A DNA stretch of 32,000 nucleotides from an uncultured bacterium (GCA_963784355.1 CAWAQU010000009.1:5835-37834), one strand, 5' to 3'; shown: positions 1 through 7,980, counted from the first letter of the stretch. A program made the numbers and translations. Notes: generated from the letters alone by a model not told the origin.

Positions 1-841
1 CTGAAGCCCAAAGTAGGTTCTTTATTTTAAACTCATAGTCTTCCTTTTCAAGATCTAGATCTGAAAGTAGCTTACAAAATTTAGGGTCTATGGTAATGTC
101 TGAAATAGTGCGTTTATTTGAAATATAAGAGTATTTTAGAAGTTCAGCCGTTATTTTATCCATAGCAGTGTCAATACGTCTCAAATTCTTCCTGAAAGTA
201 TCGGATTCTACTTTTTCAAATTCCAGACTTCCGCCTTTATCATATAGTGATTTTACTCTATCAAGGACCTTAGCTTTTGTTTGTATCTGATTAATTTCTT
301 CAGCTGTACTTTCACTAATTCCTTTAACTTCATAAACTATCCTGGTATGGTCAGAGGCGTTTAATAAGGTTGCATTACCCCCTAATTGTGATTTAATACT
401 AAATCCCACAGTTTGATTTGTGTTTACTGTTATATCGTGAATAACAAGGGTAATATCGGATTTGTTTTGTGAAGCAGATTTTACAGTAGTGCAGTTTAGA
501 TTTTTAAATGCATCTTCAATATTATCTATTGATATAGTTCCGTTTTCGGACTCTTTTATACTTTTCAGCACATTTAATGCAGTATTTTTTAACTTGCTCC
601 TAGAAATGTAATCTTTAAAAGTATTAGTAGAATTTTTAATAATTACTTCTGTTTCTTCAATTGTATAAATAGTATCAGGTTTTTGTGCTTCAGACCTTAA
701 AATTTGAAAAATTGGATAAACTATATCCTCTAAAGCTTTAAGGTTTTCGTCTGCACCATGTACCTTACCATCTGCAAGTAATTTTACTAATGTATAAAAC
801 TCGCTCCATTCGCCTCTGTTTGCTGAAATTATTTTATTCAT
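1..841 (-). CDS. Type II restriction endonuclease, HpaII-like family (N-terminal ~280 codons; C-terminus runs off the window)
   Basis: This ORF is absent from the ORF track because it is truncated by the left edge. Manual minus-strand translation from the ATG at 841..839 stays open to position 1: MNKIISANRGEWSEFYTLVKLLADGKVHGADENLKALEDIVYPIFQILRSE... The GEWSE-x-Y-x3-KLLADGK N-terminal block matches my recollection of the HpaII endonuclease family. The start lies 2 nt after the stop of the co-oriented C5 methyltransferase. Confidence 0.55.
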   Translation of the reverse strand, partial: MNKIISANRGEWSEFYTLVKLLADGKVHGADENLKALEDIVYPIFQILRSEAQKPDTIYTIEETEVIIKNSTNTFKDYISRSKLKNTALNVLKSIKESENGTISIDNIEDAFKNLNCTTVKSASQNKSDITLVIHDITVNTNQTVGFSIKSQLGGNATLLNASDHTRIVYEVKGISESTAEEINQIQTKAKVLDRVKSLYDKGGSLEFEKVESDTFRKNLRRIDTAMDKITAELLKYSYISNKRTISDITIDPKFCKLLSDLDLEKEDYEFKIKNLLWAS

Positions 842-843
842 AA

Positions 844-1908
844 TTAAATTAAATCCAAACTGCTTAAAATTTGTTTTGCAGTGGCTTGAATTGCAGGAAC
901 TGCTACACTGTTTCCCAATTGCTTCATTGCTTGTGTTTCTGAAACTGGCATTATAAATCCTTTAGGAAAGCCTTGCATTTCCAAACCTTGTTTAGGATTA
1001 AGCCTTACTTCCACGCCATCAACAATATAACAATCCCAATTTCTTCTGTCATTTACCCCAGAACCTCGCCCCCCAACTCTTAGTGTGTAACCAACATTTT
1101 TCTTACATTCTCCCCCTAAAATATCTGACATAGTTTTTTTTAATGGTGTAGGATCTGGCCATTTAAAAGGTTTTAGTTCATTTTTAAATCCAACCATAAA
1201 TAATCTTGGCCTGTGCTGGGGTACACCATAATTATCAGCTTTTATAACTTTATAATAAAATGAGTAACCTAAATCTTCAGTTACAACTTTTTTTATTACC
1301 TCAAATGTTTTGCCATTATCATGGTTAAACAAACCCCTAACATTTTCAAGAAAAATTGCTTTTGGCTGCTTTTCCTTAATTATTTTTGCTATATCAAAGA
1401 AGAGCGTACCTCTAGTATCTCCAAAACCCTTTTTAAATCCTGCATTGCTGAAAGGTTGACACGGAAAACCTGCACAAAGAATATCGAAATCAGGAATTAG
1501 CTTAGGATCTTGTTTTGTAATATCCTGGTTAAAATTGCCAGACTCAAACAGTTCTTTTTCGTCTTCATAAAAATTTGCCATGTATGTAAGTCTTGCAGAC
1601 TCATTAATTTCACTTGCAAATACGCACTGTCCTCCTAGGTTTTTAAAAGCAATGTGGAAACCTCCTATTCCAGCAAACAAGTCAATAAACTTAAATTTTG
1701 TTTCTCTTATCTCTTTTACAGGGTTATAAAACAGACTTTGCTCTTTTAGTGTATAAATGAAATTTTGAAGATTGCTTGTATCGATACGGTATTCTCTACC
1801 TATTTTATAAGCCTGTATTTTTTTCGACTTAATATATCTTCTTATGGTTAAATCACTTAAATTAAGCTGTTTTGCAACTTCACCAACTGTATAATAATTT
1901 ATGTTCAT
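844..1908 (-). CDS. DNA (cytosine-5)-methyltransferase with fused N-terminal helix-turn-helix domain
   Basis: C5-MTase motifs are present: FIDLFAGIGGF (I), GFPCQPFS (IV, catalytic Cys), FLENVRGL (VI), QHRPRLFMVG (VIII), GNSVAVP (X). The first ~50 aa (YYTVGEVAKQLNLSDLTIRRYIKSKKIQAYKIGREYRI) resemble an excisionase/MerR-type HTH. Confidence 0.9.
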   Translation of the reverse strand: MNINYYTVGEVAKQLNLSDLTIRRYIKSKKIQAYKIGREYRIDTSNLQNFIYTLKEQSLFYNPVKEIRETKFKFIDLFAGIGGFHIAFKNLGGQCVFASEINESARLTYMANFYEDEKELFESGNFNQDITKQDPKLIPDFDILCAGFPCQPFSNAGFKKGFGDTRGTLFFDIAKIIKEKQPKAIFLENVRGLFNHDNGKTFEVIKKVVTEDLGYSFYYKVIKADNYGVPQHRPRLFMVGFKNELKPFKWPDPTPLKKTMSDILGGECKKNVGYTLRVGGRGSGVNDRRNWDCYIVDGVEVRLNPKQGLEMQGFPKGFIMPVSETQAMKQLGNSVAVPAIQATAKQILSSLDLI

Positions 1909-1921
1909 AAAAATAATTATA

Positions 1922-1947
1922 TATCAATATATATCAACATCTATCAA
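1922..1947. repeat. Three direct TATCAA (minus strand TTGATA) hexamers with exact 10-bp phasing, between the rep stop and the methyltransferase start
   Basis: TATCAA occurs at 1922-1927, 1932-1937 and 1942-1947. Two related TGTCAA (TTGACA) hexamers follow at 1953-1958 and 1971-1976. A TATAAT (minus strand, 1921..1916) lies 7 nt upstream of the MTase ATG. Confidence 0.6.
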
Positions 1948-3054
1948 TTATTTGTCAAATCTCAGCTCTTTGTCAATATCCTCAAACCAACCAAAACAAT
2001 CTTGTATATCTGTAGCTTGATTGATTTTTTCAAGTTCTTTGACAAATCTGGACCAGTTTTTACCATTCAGCTTTTTTTCATAAATTTTTCTAAGCTCTGA
2101 CAGCCCTTTCTCTTTTGCTAGAGTATTTACACCAATTAGTCTAAAAAGTTCGTTAGCTTTGATTTTTGAGTAGCTTGTTAGCAGCCTATCAATAAGTAAA
2201 TCAGATTTGTTAATTTTATTAAATAAAAATCTATTTTTATCTACAATCAAATTTTGCCAGTAGTGGTTTATGAGTTTTTTCCAAAGTAATTCACTAAATA
2301 AATCTTCAAAATATAAAATATCTATTTGGAATCCTAGCTTGCCTAATACTTGCCTCATCTTTGCCTTATTTCTTAACCTTATTTCAAATCTGATTATTTC
2401 TTGTTTTTGATTGTCATTGTATTCTTGAAACAAATCTTTTTGTAGGTCATTTCGGTCATTGTCTACAGCTCTTTTGTTTGGTTTGTTTAGGTCCGCCAGT
2501 TTGTCATAAATTACAAAACTATGGGCTTTTGAATAAAACTGTAGAGTTGTACCCGTACCTTCTCTATATTCTTTATTATCAAGATCTAATCTTCTATCTA
2601 AGGTACACTTATTCAATTCTTGGATAATTTGAAAACTGAAGTAGCCTTTGCTTAGAAATATGTTTTTGGCTGTATCAAATCCTGAAACTTCAAATTTGGC
2701 TGGATTTTCTTTTAACTCAACACCCATTTCTAAAAGCCTTTGATAAACAAACTTGTAAACAAACTTATCATCAAAAATACTTAGCTCATTTAGATTGTTT
2801 CCATAAATCAACTTGGGAACTGAAAACTCTATTTTCAAATCTCTTTTTGGACCAAAATCCACTCCTTTACTTCTTGGTGTAATAGTTAGTCTAGGATAAT
2901 ATTTATCTACGGTTTTAAAATTATTTACAAAACTTTTTCCTACAAAACCATGTCTGTAAAGATTTTCAGCATTTGGACTAAATAAGTCTGGTTTGTTTAT
3001 CCTATATTCTGCCTCTTTTACCGTTAATATCACTGTATCTAACATATCCATCAC
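1948..3054 (-). CDS. Rolling-circle replication initiator-like protein (phage gene II / RstA / CRI / Rep_trans superfamily)
   Basis: 368-aa ORF. Three motifs are recalled from this superfamily: FSVPKLIYGNNLNEL (cf. the ..K...GHNVFG block of filamentous-phage gpII/RstA), FYSKAHSFVIYDKLADL (cf. the RxYDK block of Rep_trans) and IIRFEIRLRNK (cf. RxExxLR). No HMM search was run. Confidence 0.5.
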   Translation of the reverse strand: MMDMLDTVILTVKEAEYRINKPDLFSPNAENLYRHGFVGKSFVNNFKTVDKYYPRLTITPRSKGVDFGPKRDLKIEFSVPKLIYGNNLNELSIFDDKFVYKFVYQRLLEMGVELKENPAKFEVSGFDTAKNIFLSKGYFSFQIIQELNKCTLDRRLDLDNKEYREGTGTTLQFYSKAHSFVIYDKLADLNKPNKRAVDNDRNDLQKDLFQEYNDNQKQEIIRFEIRLRNKAKMRQVLGKLGFQIDILYFEDLFSELLWKKLINHYWQNLIVDKNRFLFNKINKSDLLIDRLLTSYSKIKANELFRLIGVNTLAKEKGLSELRKIYEKKLNGKNWSRFVKELEKINQATDIQDCFGWFEDIDKELRFDK

Positions 3055-3328
3055 ATTTTTTATAAACTTTATTAAGCTCTTTAGTCACCACATTTTCAAT
3101 ATAGCTACCTACCTCCTTATTTATAGGGTAAAGTATGCTAGTTTCTTTACTTCCAACTATCTTACTTGGGTAAACTAGCCTGTATAGATTTTGGTTATTT
3201 AGCCTTGTATACACAGCTATAGAAGATACAAAAAGACTTTCGTTTAAAACAAAGCTGGCAAAGGCCACTAAACCGTTTTTAGGTTTGACCGGTATTATTT
3301 GAATTTCGGATATACTTATTTGATTCAT
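3002..3328 (-). CDS. SpoVG-like nucleic-acid-binding protein
   Basis: 108-aa ORF. ISEIQIIPVKPKNGLVAFASFVLNESLFVSSIAVYTRLNNQNLYRLVYPSK...ILYPINKEVGSYIENVV parallels the SpoVG pattern: V.D.R...V...G.(K/L)AfAS(I/V)..D..FV(V/I)..I.V......(F/Y)....PS......(D/I)..HPI(N/T). Its 3' end overlaps the rep start by 53 nt. Confidence 0.6.
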   Translation of the reverse strand: MNQISISEIQIIPVKPKNGLVAFASFVLNESLFVSSIAVYTRLNNQNLYRLVYPSKIVGSKETSILYPINKEVGSYIENVVTKELNKVYKKCDGYVRYSDINGKRGRI

Positions 3329-3353
3329 AACTTTTTGAATTGGCTTGATTAAG

Positions 3354-3512
3354 TTATAGTTTATAATTTTCAGGGTTATTTCTCATGTCTATTTCAATCA
3401 GCAACTTAAATAAACCTAACAAAGAGTCTTGATCCTCTTTTTCCCATAACTTAGGATCAGAGGCTTGTAGCTCTAATTTTGACTTGATTAAATTTGCTTG
3501 ACTTTCAGACAT
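3354..3512 (-). CDS. Small hypothetical protein (52 aa), below the ORF-track cutoff
   Basis: Manual translation gives MSESQANLIKSKLELQASDPKLWEKEDQDSLLGLFKLLIEIDMRNNPENYKL*. It fills the gap between the 312-aa ORF and the SpoVG-like gene on the same strand. No recognisable family. Confidence 0.25.
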   Translation of the reverse strand: MSESQANLIKSKLELQASDPKLWEKEDQDSLLGLFKLLIEIDMRNNPENYKL

Positions 3513-3543
3513 TAAAAAATCCCTAGAATTTATAACTAGGGAT
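3513..3543 (-). terminator. Perfect 8-bp inverted repeat plus T-run (attenuator/terminator, or an origin or operator hairpin)
   Basis: The minus strand reads ATCCCTAG-TTATAAATT-CTAGGGAT-TTTTT-AATG. The stem is 3519-3526/3536-3543. It sits 70 nt after the stop of the 312-aa ORF and directly abuts the ATG of the 52-aa ORF. Confidence 0.35.
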
Positions 3544-3613
3544 ACTATAAAATAATTATGTGCTTAAACTTGCTTAAAAATGCTGAATTTTGCTGAAAGC
3601 TATCTATGAGGCT

Positions 3614-4552
3614 TTATTTTATGTATTTTTCATTTATATAAACGTGATCAGATTTTACTGTTAAAAAGTCTTTAATTTCAGGCGGTAAATTTCTTCTAAG
3701 ATAGTAAAATGAGTCTTTACATTTTTTAATGGCATCTTTTTTATTCAGTTCTTCAGGATCATCCATTTCTAGCAATTCCGAATAGTGCCAAACCTTTTTC
3801 ATATTGCTCTTATTTTTGGTTATTATGCCTAAACTCCTATGGACAAAACCCCTTGCAAGTGTTCTTTGATAATTCCCTACAAATAAAGTAGCAATTTTTG
3901 AGTCATAACTAAAATAAGCAGTTTGGTCTGTTTGTAAAGTAGTAGTCATCTGTGTGCTTATGGAAAGCTTAATATCATTTTTATCCAGAATCACACCAGC
4001 ATAGGTGTTAGTAAGCCTTTGGTAATCTTGTTCAGGTACAGCGACTAGTTTGTATTTCTTGCCTTCTTTTTCAAATGTTTGATAAACTTCTAGGCCGTTT
4101 TCAGTTACCCCTTCGTCTAATTCAACTACAAGTTGTCTATGTTCGTTATAATCTTTTCTAGCGTATTGAAAATCAAATTTTAGGCCTAAAATATCAGCTT
4201 TAAAAGATACTAGTGTTTGTGTCCATTGCTTGGAGATTTGCTCTAAAACAGAGTAGGAGTTTATAGATTGTGATATTAATTTTAAATAATCTGTTCTAAA
4301 TTGTATCTGTGCTTGAATGAATGGGTTTATTATATCAGTCATTTTTGGTATTGCAGCCAAAAAGTCTGCATTAATTGCAGTAATAAAGTTTAAAGACTTA
4401 TTTAAGTTACTTAAACTATTTAGATCAAACGAATTCAAAGCCTTTTTTGCTTGTAATGTGGCAATTTTAGCTGTTTGTTTTGCCAATATTGATTGTCCAA
4501 TCAATGAAGTCTCTTGTGCATTAGTAGATGAAATACTATCGTTGTCAGACAT
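3614..4552 (-). CDS. Hypothetical protein (312 aa), first gene of the rep/R-M operon
   Basis: Long uninterrupted ORF with no family recognised. The N-terminal third is Q/S/N/L-rich and helical-looking. Confidence 0.55.
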   Translation of the reverse strand: MSDNDSISSTNAQETSLIGQSILAKQTAKIATLQAKKALNSFDLNSLSNLNKSLNFITAINADFLAAIPKMTDIINPFIQAQIQFRTDYLKLISQSINSYSVLEQISKQWTQTLVSFKADILGLKFDFQYARKDYNEHRQLVVELDEGVTENGLEVYQTFEKEGKKYKLVAVPEQDYQRLTNTYAGVILDKNDIKLSISTQMTTTLQTDQTAYFSYDSKIATLFVGNYQRTLARGFVHRSLGIITKNKSNMKKVWHYSELLEMDDPEELNKKDAIKKCKDSFYYLRRNLPPEIKDFLTVKSDHVYINEKYIK

Positions 4553-4717
4553 GCTTTTAAAATCACATTTTAGATAATTACAATCTATAAATTTTTATTT
4601 TGCAAATTAAAGCAGTTGTAAAACATTTGTATGCAGTATTTTATATTATAATCTCAGTTTGCCATTACTTATTTTATGATATAAACTAGTCAAATTTATA
4701 AATATAAACAAAAAAAT

Positions 4718-5116
4718 ATGTCTGATTTAGAATTGAAAAACTTTACTGATATAATATTTTTAGGTGATATCACACCTTTAAATGAATCACTTGCTGATTT
4801 AGCAATACAAAAACTTCGAATATTTATTCCAGAAGTATTTGTAACAACTTTATTTCAGAGATTTAATAGTGGAAATATAGGAAATTTTATTAGTGAATTA
4901 GAATCCAGCAAAACATCACTTAAAGATATTTTACTTATTAAATTATTTGTATCTGATAATTCAAATTTACTCATTCCTAGAAATAACATCAACATAATTG
5001 ATTTGATGCTGTTTAACGAAAAAATCAAACAACTTCAAACTGAGGCAAAATCCTTTTTAGCTGCTGAAAATCCTGTTGTGCAACAGCATGGGCAAATAAT
5101 TGAGCTTCAGAAATAG
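4718..5116 (+). CDS. Hypothetical protein (132 aa); weak resemblance to SUKH/SMI1-KNR4 immunity-type domains
   Basis: LADLAIQKLRIFIPEVFVTTLFQRFNSGNIG loosely parallels the SUKH opening (..E..lg..LPedyk.fl...NGG), and the size is typical. The assignment is tentative. The 3' end overlaps the convergent ORF 5025-5729 by 92 nt. Confidence 0.4.
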   Translation: MSDLELKNFTDIIFLGDITPLNESLADLAIQKLRIFIPEVFVTTLFQRFNSGNIGNFISELESSKTSLKDILLIKLFVSDNSNLLIPRNNINIIDLMLFNEKIKQLQTEAKSFLAAENPVVQQHGQIIELQK

Positions 5117-5729
5117 TAACACTGGAGGCAATACTAGAGGCAAAGCTTAATTTACTTTCTGACTCAAAATTAATATCATACGAACTATAATATATAGTTT
5201 TAGTTATAATGCTTTGATAAAAAATAAGCAAGCTGGTATACTTACCCTTCACTTTGGTTTGTAGTATAGTATCGTTATCTATAGGTAATAAACTGTAATC
5301 TTTTACTTTATACCAGTTATTATTATCAAAAACATAAGCTTGTATTTTAATCGCATCTACTTCACCAACATTTTTTACAATTATCTGTCTTAATTCCTCT
5401 TTAATAAAAAATATATTTCCACTTTCTATATTTTCAGGTATTATAATTTTCGGACGACTAAATTCTAGAGATTTTTTACTTAGGTCTTTTGCTTGTTCAG
5501 AAATCTTATTTGCTTGCCAGGCCAGTCTAATCGTTAACAAAGACAGTGCAAATGTAGCAATTAGATTAAAGGGATCAATTTGATAACCGGCAATTTTAGT
5601 TATGCTTATATACAATCTATGAAGCAGAGGTATAAAATTTATTTTTTCCAGTATAAGAAAAAGTAAAATTATTGAAACCGATATTCTCCACCAATATTTG
5701 GTTATCGAATATATTATGTTTTTGCTCAT
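5025..5729 (-). CDS. Hypothetical membrane protein (234 aa): two N-terminal TM helices plus a beta-rich soluble domain
   Basis: Hydrophobic segments are WWRISVSIILLFLILEKINFIPLL and FNLIATFALSLLTIRLAW. No family recognised. It ends in TGA, one of only two TGA stops in the window. Confidence 0.5.
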   Translation of the reverse strand: MSKNIIYSITKYWWRISVSIILLFLILEKINFIPLLHRLYISITKIAGYQIDPFNLIATFALSLLTIRLAWQANKISEQAKDLSKKSLEFSRPKIIIPENIESGNIFFIKEELRQIIVKNVGEVDAIKIQAYVFDNNNWYKVKDYSLLPIDNDTILQTKVKGKYTSLLIFYQSIITKTIYYSSYDINFESESKLSFASSIASSVTISEAQLFAHAVAQQDFQQLKRILPQFEVV

Positions 5730-6080
5730 AGATTTAAATTATTACAGATTAAGGGTACTTTCCAATTATGTAAAGCAATAAAAAATCTAGTAAAAATTCA
5801 TATACTAAAATTACAAATAGTTGAAGATGTTATTTTTGAAAAAGCTTATTAATTTAAGCAAACTTAACCATTAGATATTATTCTACCAAATTCATTTCTA
5901 GTATATTAAATATTTGGCTAAAAGTTTTTTCAAAGTCAGACCAATTATAAGTTCGAAGTGTGTCAATAACGGTGAACCAAAAACAAAAACTCAATTTATC
6001 TTAATTCTCATTATCTCGGTTAATCGCCGGGATTTTATCTTGTCTAATTTGATTAAATTTTCTATACAAATAATAACGAT

Positions 6081-6608
6081 ATGTCTGAAAGTTTCAATAA
6101 TATACCTAAAAATCCTGAAAATACTTTTTACACAGTTGAACAAGCAAAACAAGTATTTAGTTGGGTAGTAGAGAAAGCTAAAAAAGATAATATTTATAAG
6201 CTTTGTGCAAATCCGGTGATTATTAAGGATAACAAAGTATTGATATTTCAGAGGCCTGCCACTAGTCCAAATAGACCAAATGGTTGGCTTTTACCTGGTG
6301 GAAAAGTAGAGGAAGGTGAGAATGTAGTTGATGCTTTAGTTAGAGAAACAAAGGAAGAGTTAAATTTAGATGTTGTAAAAATAAGACATCTTCCAATTGA
6401 ATTTGACAGTATATTTAAAGGAAATTTGTGGAGAGTAGTCTATTTTGTAGTAGAAATCACTGGAGAAATGAAGTTAGAAGAAAGAGCTTTATCTAATCCA
6501 ACTTTTATCAGCAAACCTGAAATTCCAAATTATTTCACTCAAGCAGAAATGGACCCCAGTTCACCGGACTACAGAGGTGGAGAGCTATCAGTTTGGGATT
6601 ATGTATAA
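6081..6608 (+). CDS. Nudix hydrolase
   Basis: The Nudix box is GKVEEGENVVDALVRETKEELNL, fitting GX5EX7REUXEEXGU except for the final G->N. A ~45-aa N-terminal extension precedes the fold. Confidence 0.85.
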   Translation: MSESFNNIPKNPENTFYTVEQAKQVFSWVVEKAKKDNIYKLCANPVIIKDNKVLIFQRPATSPNRPNGWLLPGGKVEEGENVVDALVRETKEELNLDVVKIRHLPIEFDSIFKGNLWRVVYFVVEITGEMKLEERALSNPTFISKPEIPNYFTQAEMDPSSPDYRGGELSVWDYV

Positions 6609-6673
6609 GTTTGGGATTGGGCCAATTTAGTCCTTAATGCTATTAAAAATGAAATTTTACAAGACATAGATTG

Positions 6674-7489
6674 TTAGAACAGATTCTTAATTATTTTTGT
6701 TACACCATTAATCATATCTTCTGCATCTTCAGCAGTTGGCTCTGTTATTTTTTTATGATCACAATTATTTCTAATATCCGCTAAGTGTTGAATTTTTCTA
6801 AAGATTTGAATATCAATAATTTTGTTACTGTATAAAATATCATTATAATTACTGATTGTAGGATTTTTTTTGAGAGTTAGCAAATGATTTTGACAAACTT
6901 GATTAAGGTGACTCTCTAAAACTACCCCTGCCAACGCTCCAGCCGCTCTTGAAAAACCATTTTCATTTAAATATTTTGCAGCATCTAACTCAGAATCAAA
7001 CAAATCAGCTCTAACAAATTGTTGAATATTAAAAAGTGAACTTTCAAATCTTTTTCTAACAGATTTTAAAATTGCTAATTGTTGTTGAAATTTTGGAAAT
7101 GCTGAAGATTTTCCAGCAACAACAGCACCATTTGTGGTTTTAGATAATGTAATGTTGCTTAAAGCGTCCGCAATTACATAGTTAGTTGAATCTATGTCTT
7201 GCATACTTCTCCTTTTTGCTGGCACCTCATAATATTCTACAAAATCATCTAATCGATCAGGTAACATTAACTTAATTATTGTCTTTGCTTCAGAATACCA
7301 CTCTTGGTATTCACTTTTGAAATCAGGTAGACTAGAAATAAATTTATCCTCCTCTTTTTTATTTTTTAGTTTAAGTGCTTGTAAAAAATCTACTTTTGGT
7401 ACAATTTCGTAGAGTAGAGCATTTTGTAATTTTTTACCTTTTAATATTAACTCTTCCAAATCTTTTTTATATACATCCAAATTAGACAT
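6674..7489 (-). CDS. HEPN-domain protein (putative RNase) with an uncharacterised N-terminal domain
   Basis: The C-terminal ~100 aa read AAGALAGVVLESHLNQVC...IQHLADIRNNCDHKK. They contain the R-N-x-x-x-H (Rx4-6H) HEPN catalytic motif in its usual position after a long helix. Confidence 0.6.
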   Translation of the reverse strand: MSNLDVYKKDLEELILKGKKLQNALLYEIVPKVDFLQALKLKNKKEEDKFISSLPDFKSEYQEWYSEAKTIIKLMLPDRLDDFVEYYEVPAKRRSMQDIDSTNYVIADALSNITLSKTTNGAVVAGKSSAFPKFQQQLAILKSVRKRFESSLFNIQQFVRADLFDSELDAAKYLNENGFSRAAGALAGVVLESHLNQVCQNHLLTLKKNPTISNYNDILYSNKIIDIQIFRKIQHLADIRNNCDHKKITEPTAEDAEDMINGVTKIIKNLF

Positions 7490-7687
7490 AAAAATTGTTT
7501 ATTCTATTTAAATAGTTTCTTACAATCTTTTAAACTATGTTTGAGAATTACAGCCATAGGATAATAAGTTTTTATACTCATGTTGCAGTAATTAAGCTTT
7601 TTTAAGTATCAATTGTCAAACCTTATTTTATTGGTTTTTCTAAGTTTTTCAAATTTGTATCTGTTTATTTTCTTTTCAACAAAAGCT

Positions 7688-7716
7688 CTTGTAAAGAGTA
7701 AAAAAATATGCTATAA
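7688..7716 (+). promoter_or_regulatory. Sigma70-type promoter for the 77-aa membrane protein gene
   Basis: TTGTAA (7688-7693), 17-nt spacer, TATAAA (7711-7716). An AAGAGGT Shine-Dalgarno-like sequence lies a few nt upstream of the ATG at 7747. Confidence 0.4.
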
Positions 7717-7746
7717 ATAAATAACCGACAAATAAGAGGTAAAAAG

Positions 7747-7980
7747 ATGGGTATTCAAGGTTACTTCCGCCTGGCAATGATTTCCTATGCGGTTTTTATG
7801 CTAGGCCTCGTGTACTCTCTATTCTTAATACCAAATGGTATTATTGATGGAAATAGCCATGGAATAATCATGGAGACACTAAAAGAAGATTGTAGTTTCA
7901 TGGTAATTGCAGGGTTAGTCCTTTTTGCATACTGCATATTAGCTATGGGATTTGTTTCTGAGCGAAACCGCCATAGATAA
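7747..7980 (+). CDS. Small two-TM membrane protein (77 aa) with a basic C-terminus
   Basis: TM segments are AMISYAVFMLGLVYSLFLI and FMVIAGLVLFAYCILAMGFV; the tail is SERNRHR. It has its own promoter, SD and intrinsic terminator. It is preferred over the antisense ORF 7785-7991 for these reasons. Confidence 0.5.
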   Translation: MGIQGYFRLAMISYAVFMLGLVYSLFLIPNGIIDGNSHGIIMETLKEDCSFMVIAGLVLFAYCILAMGFVSERNRHR

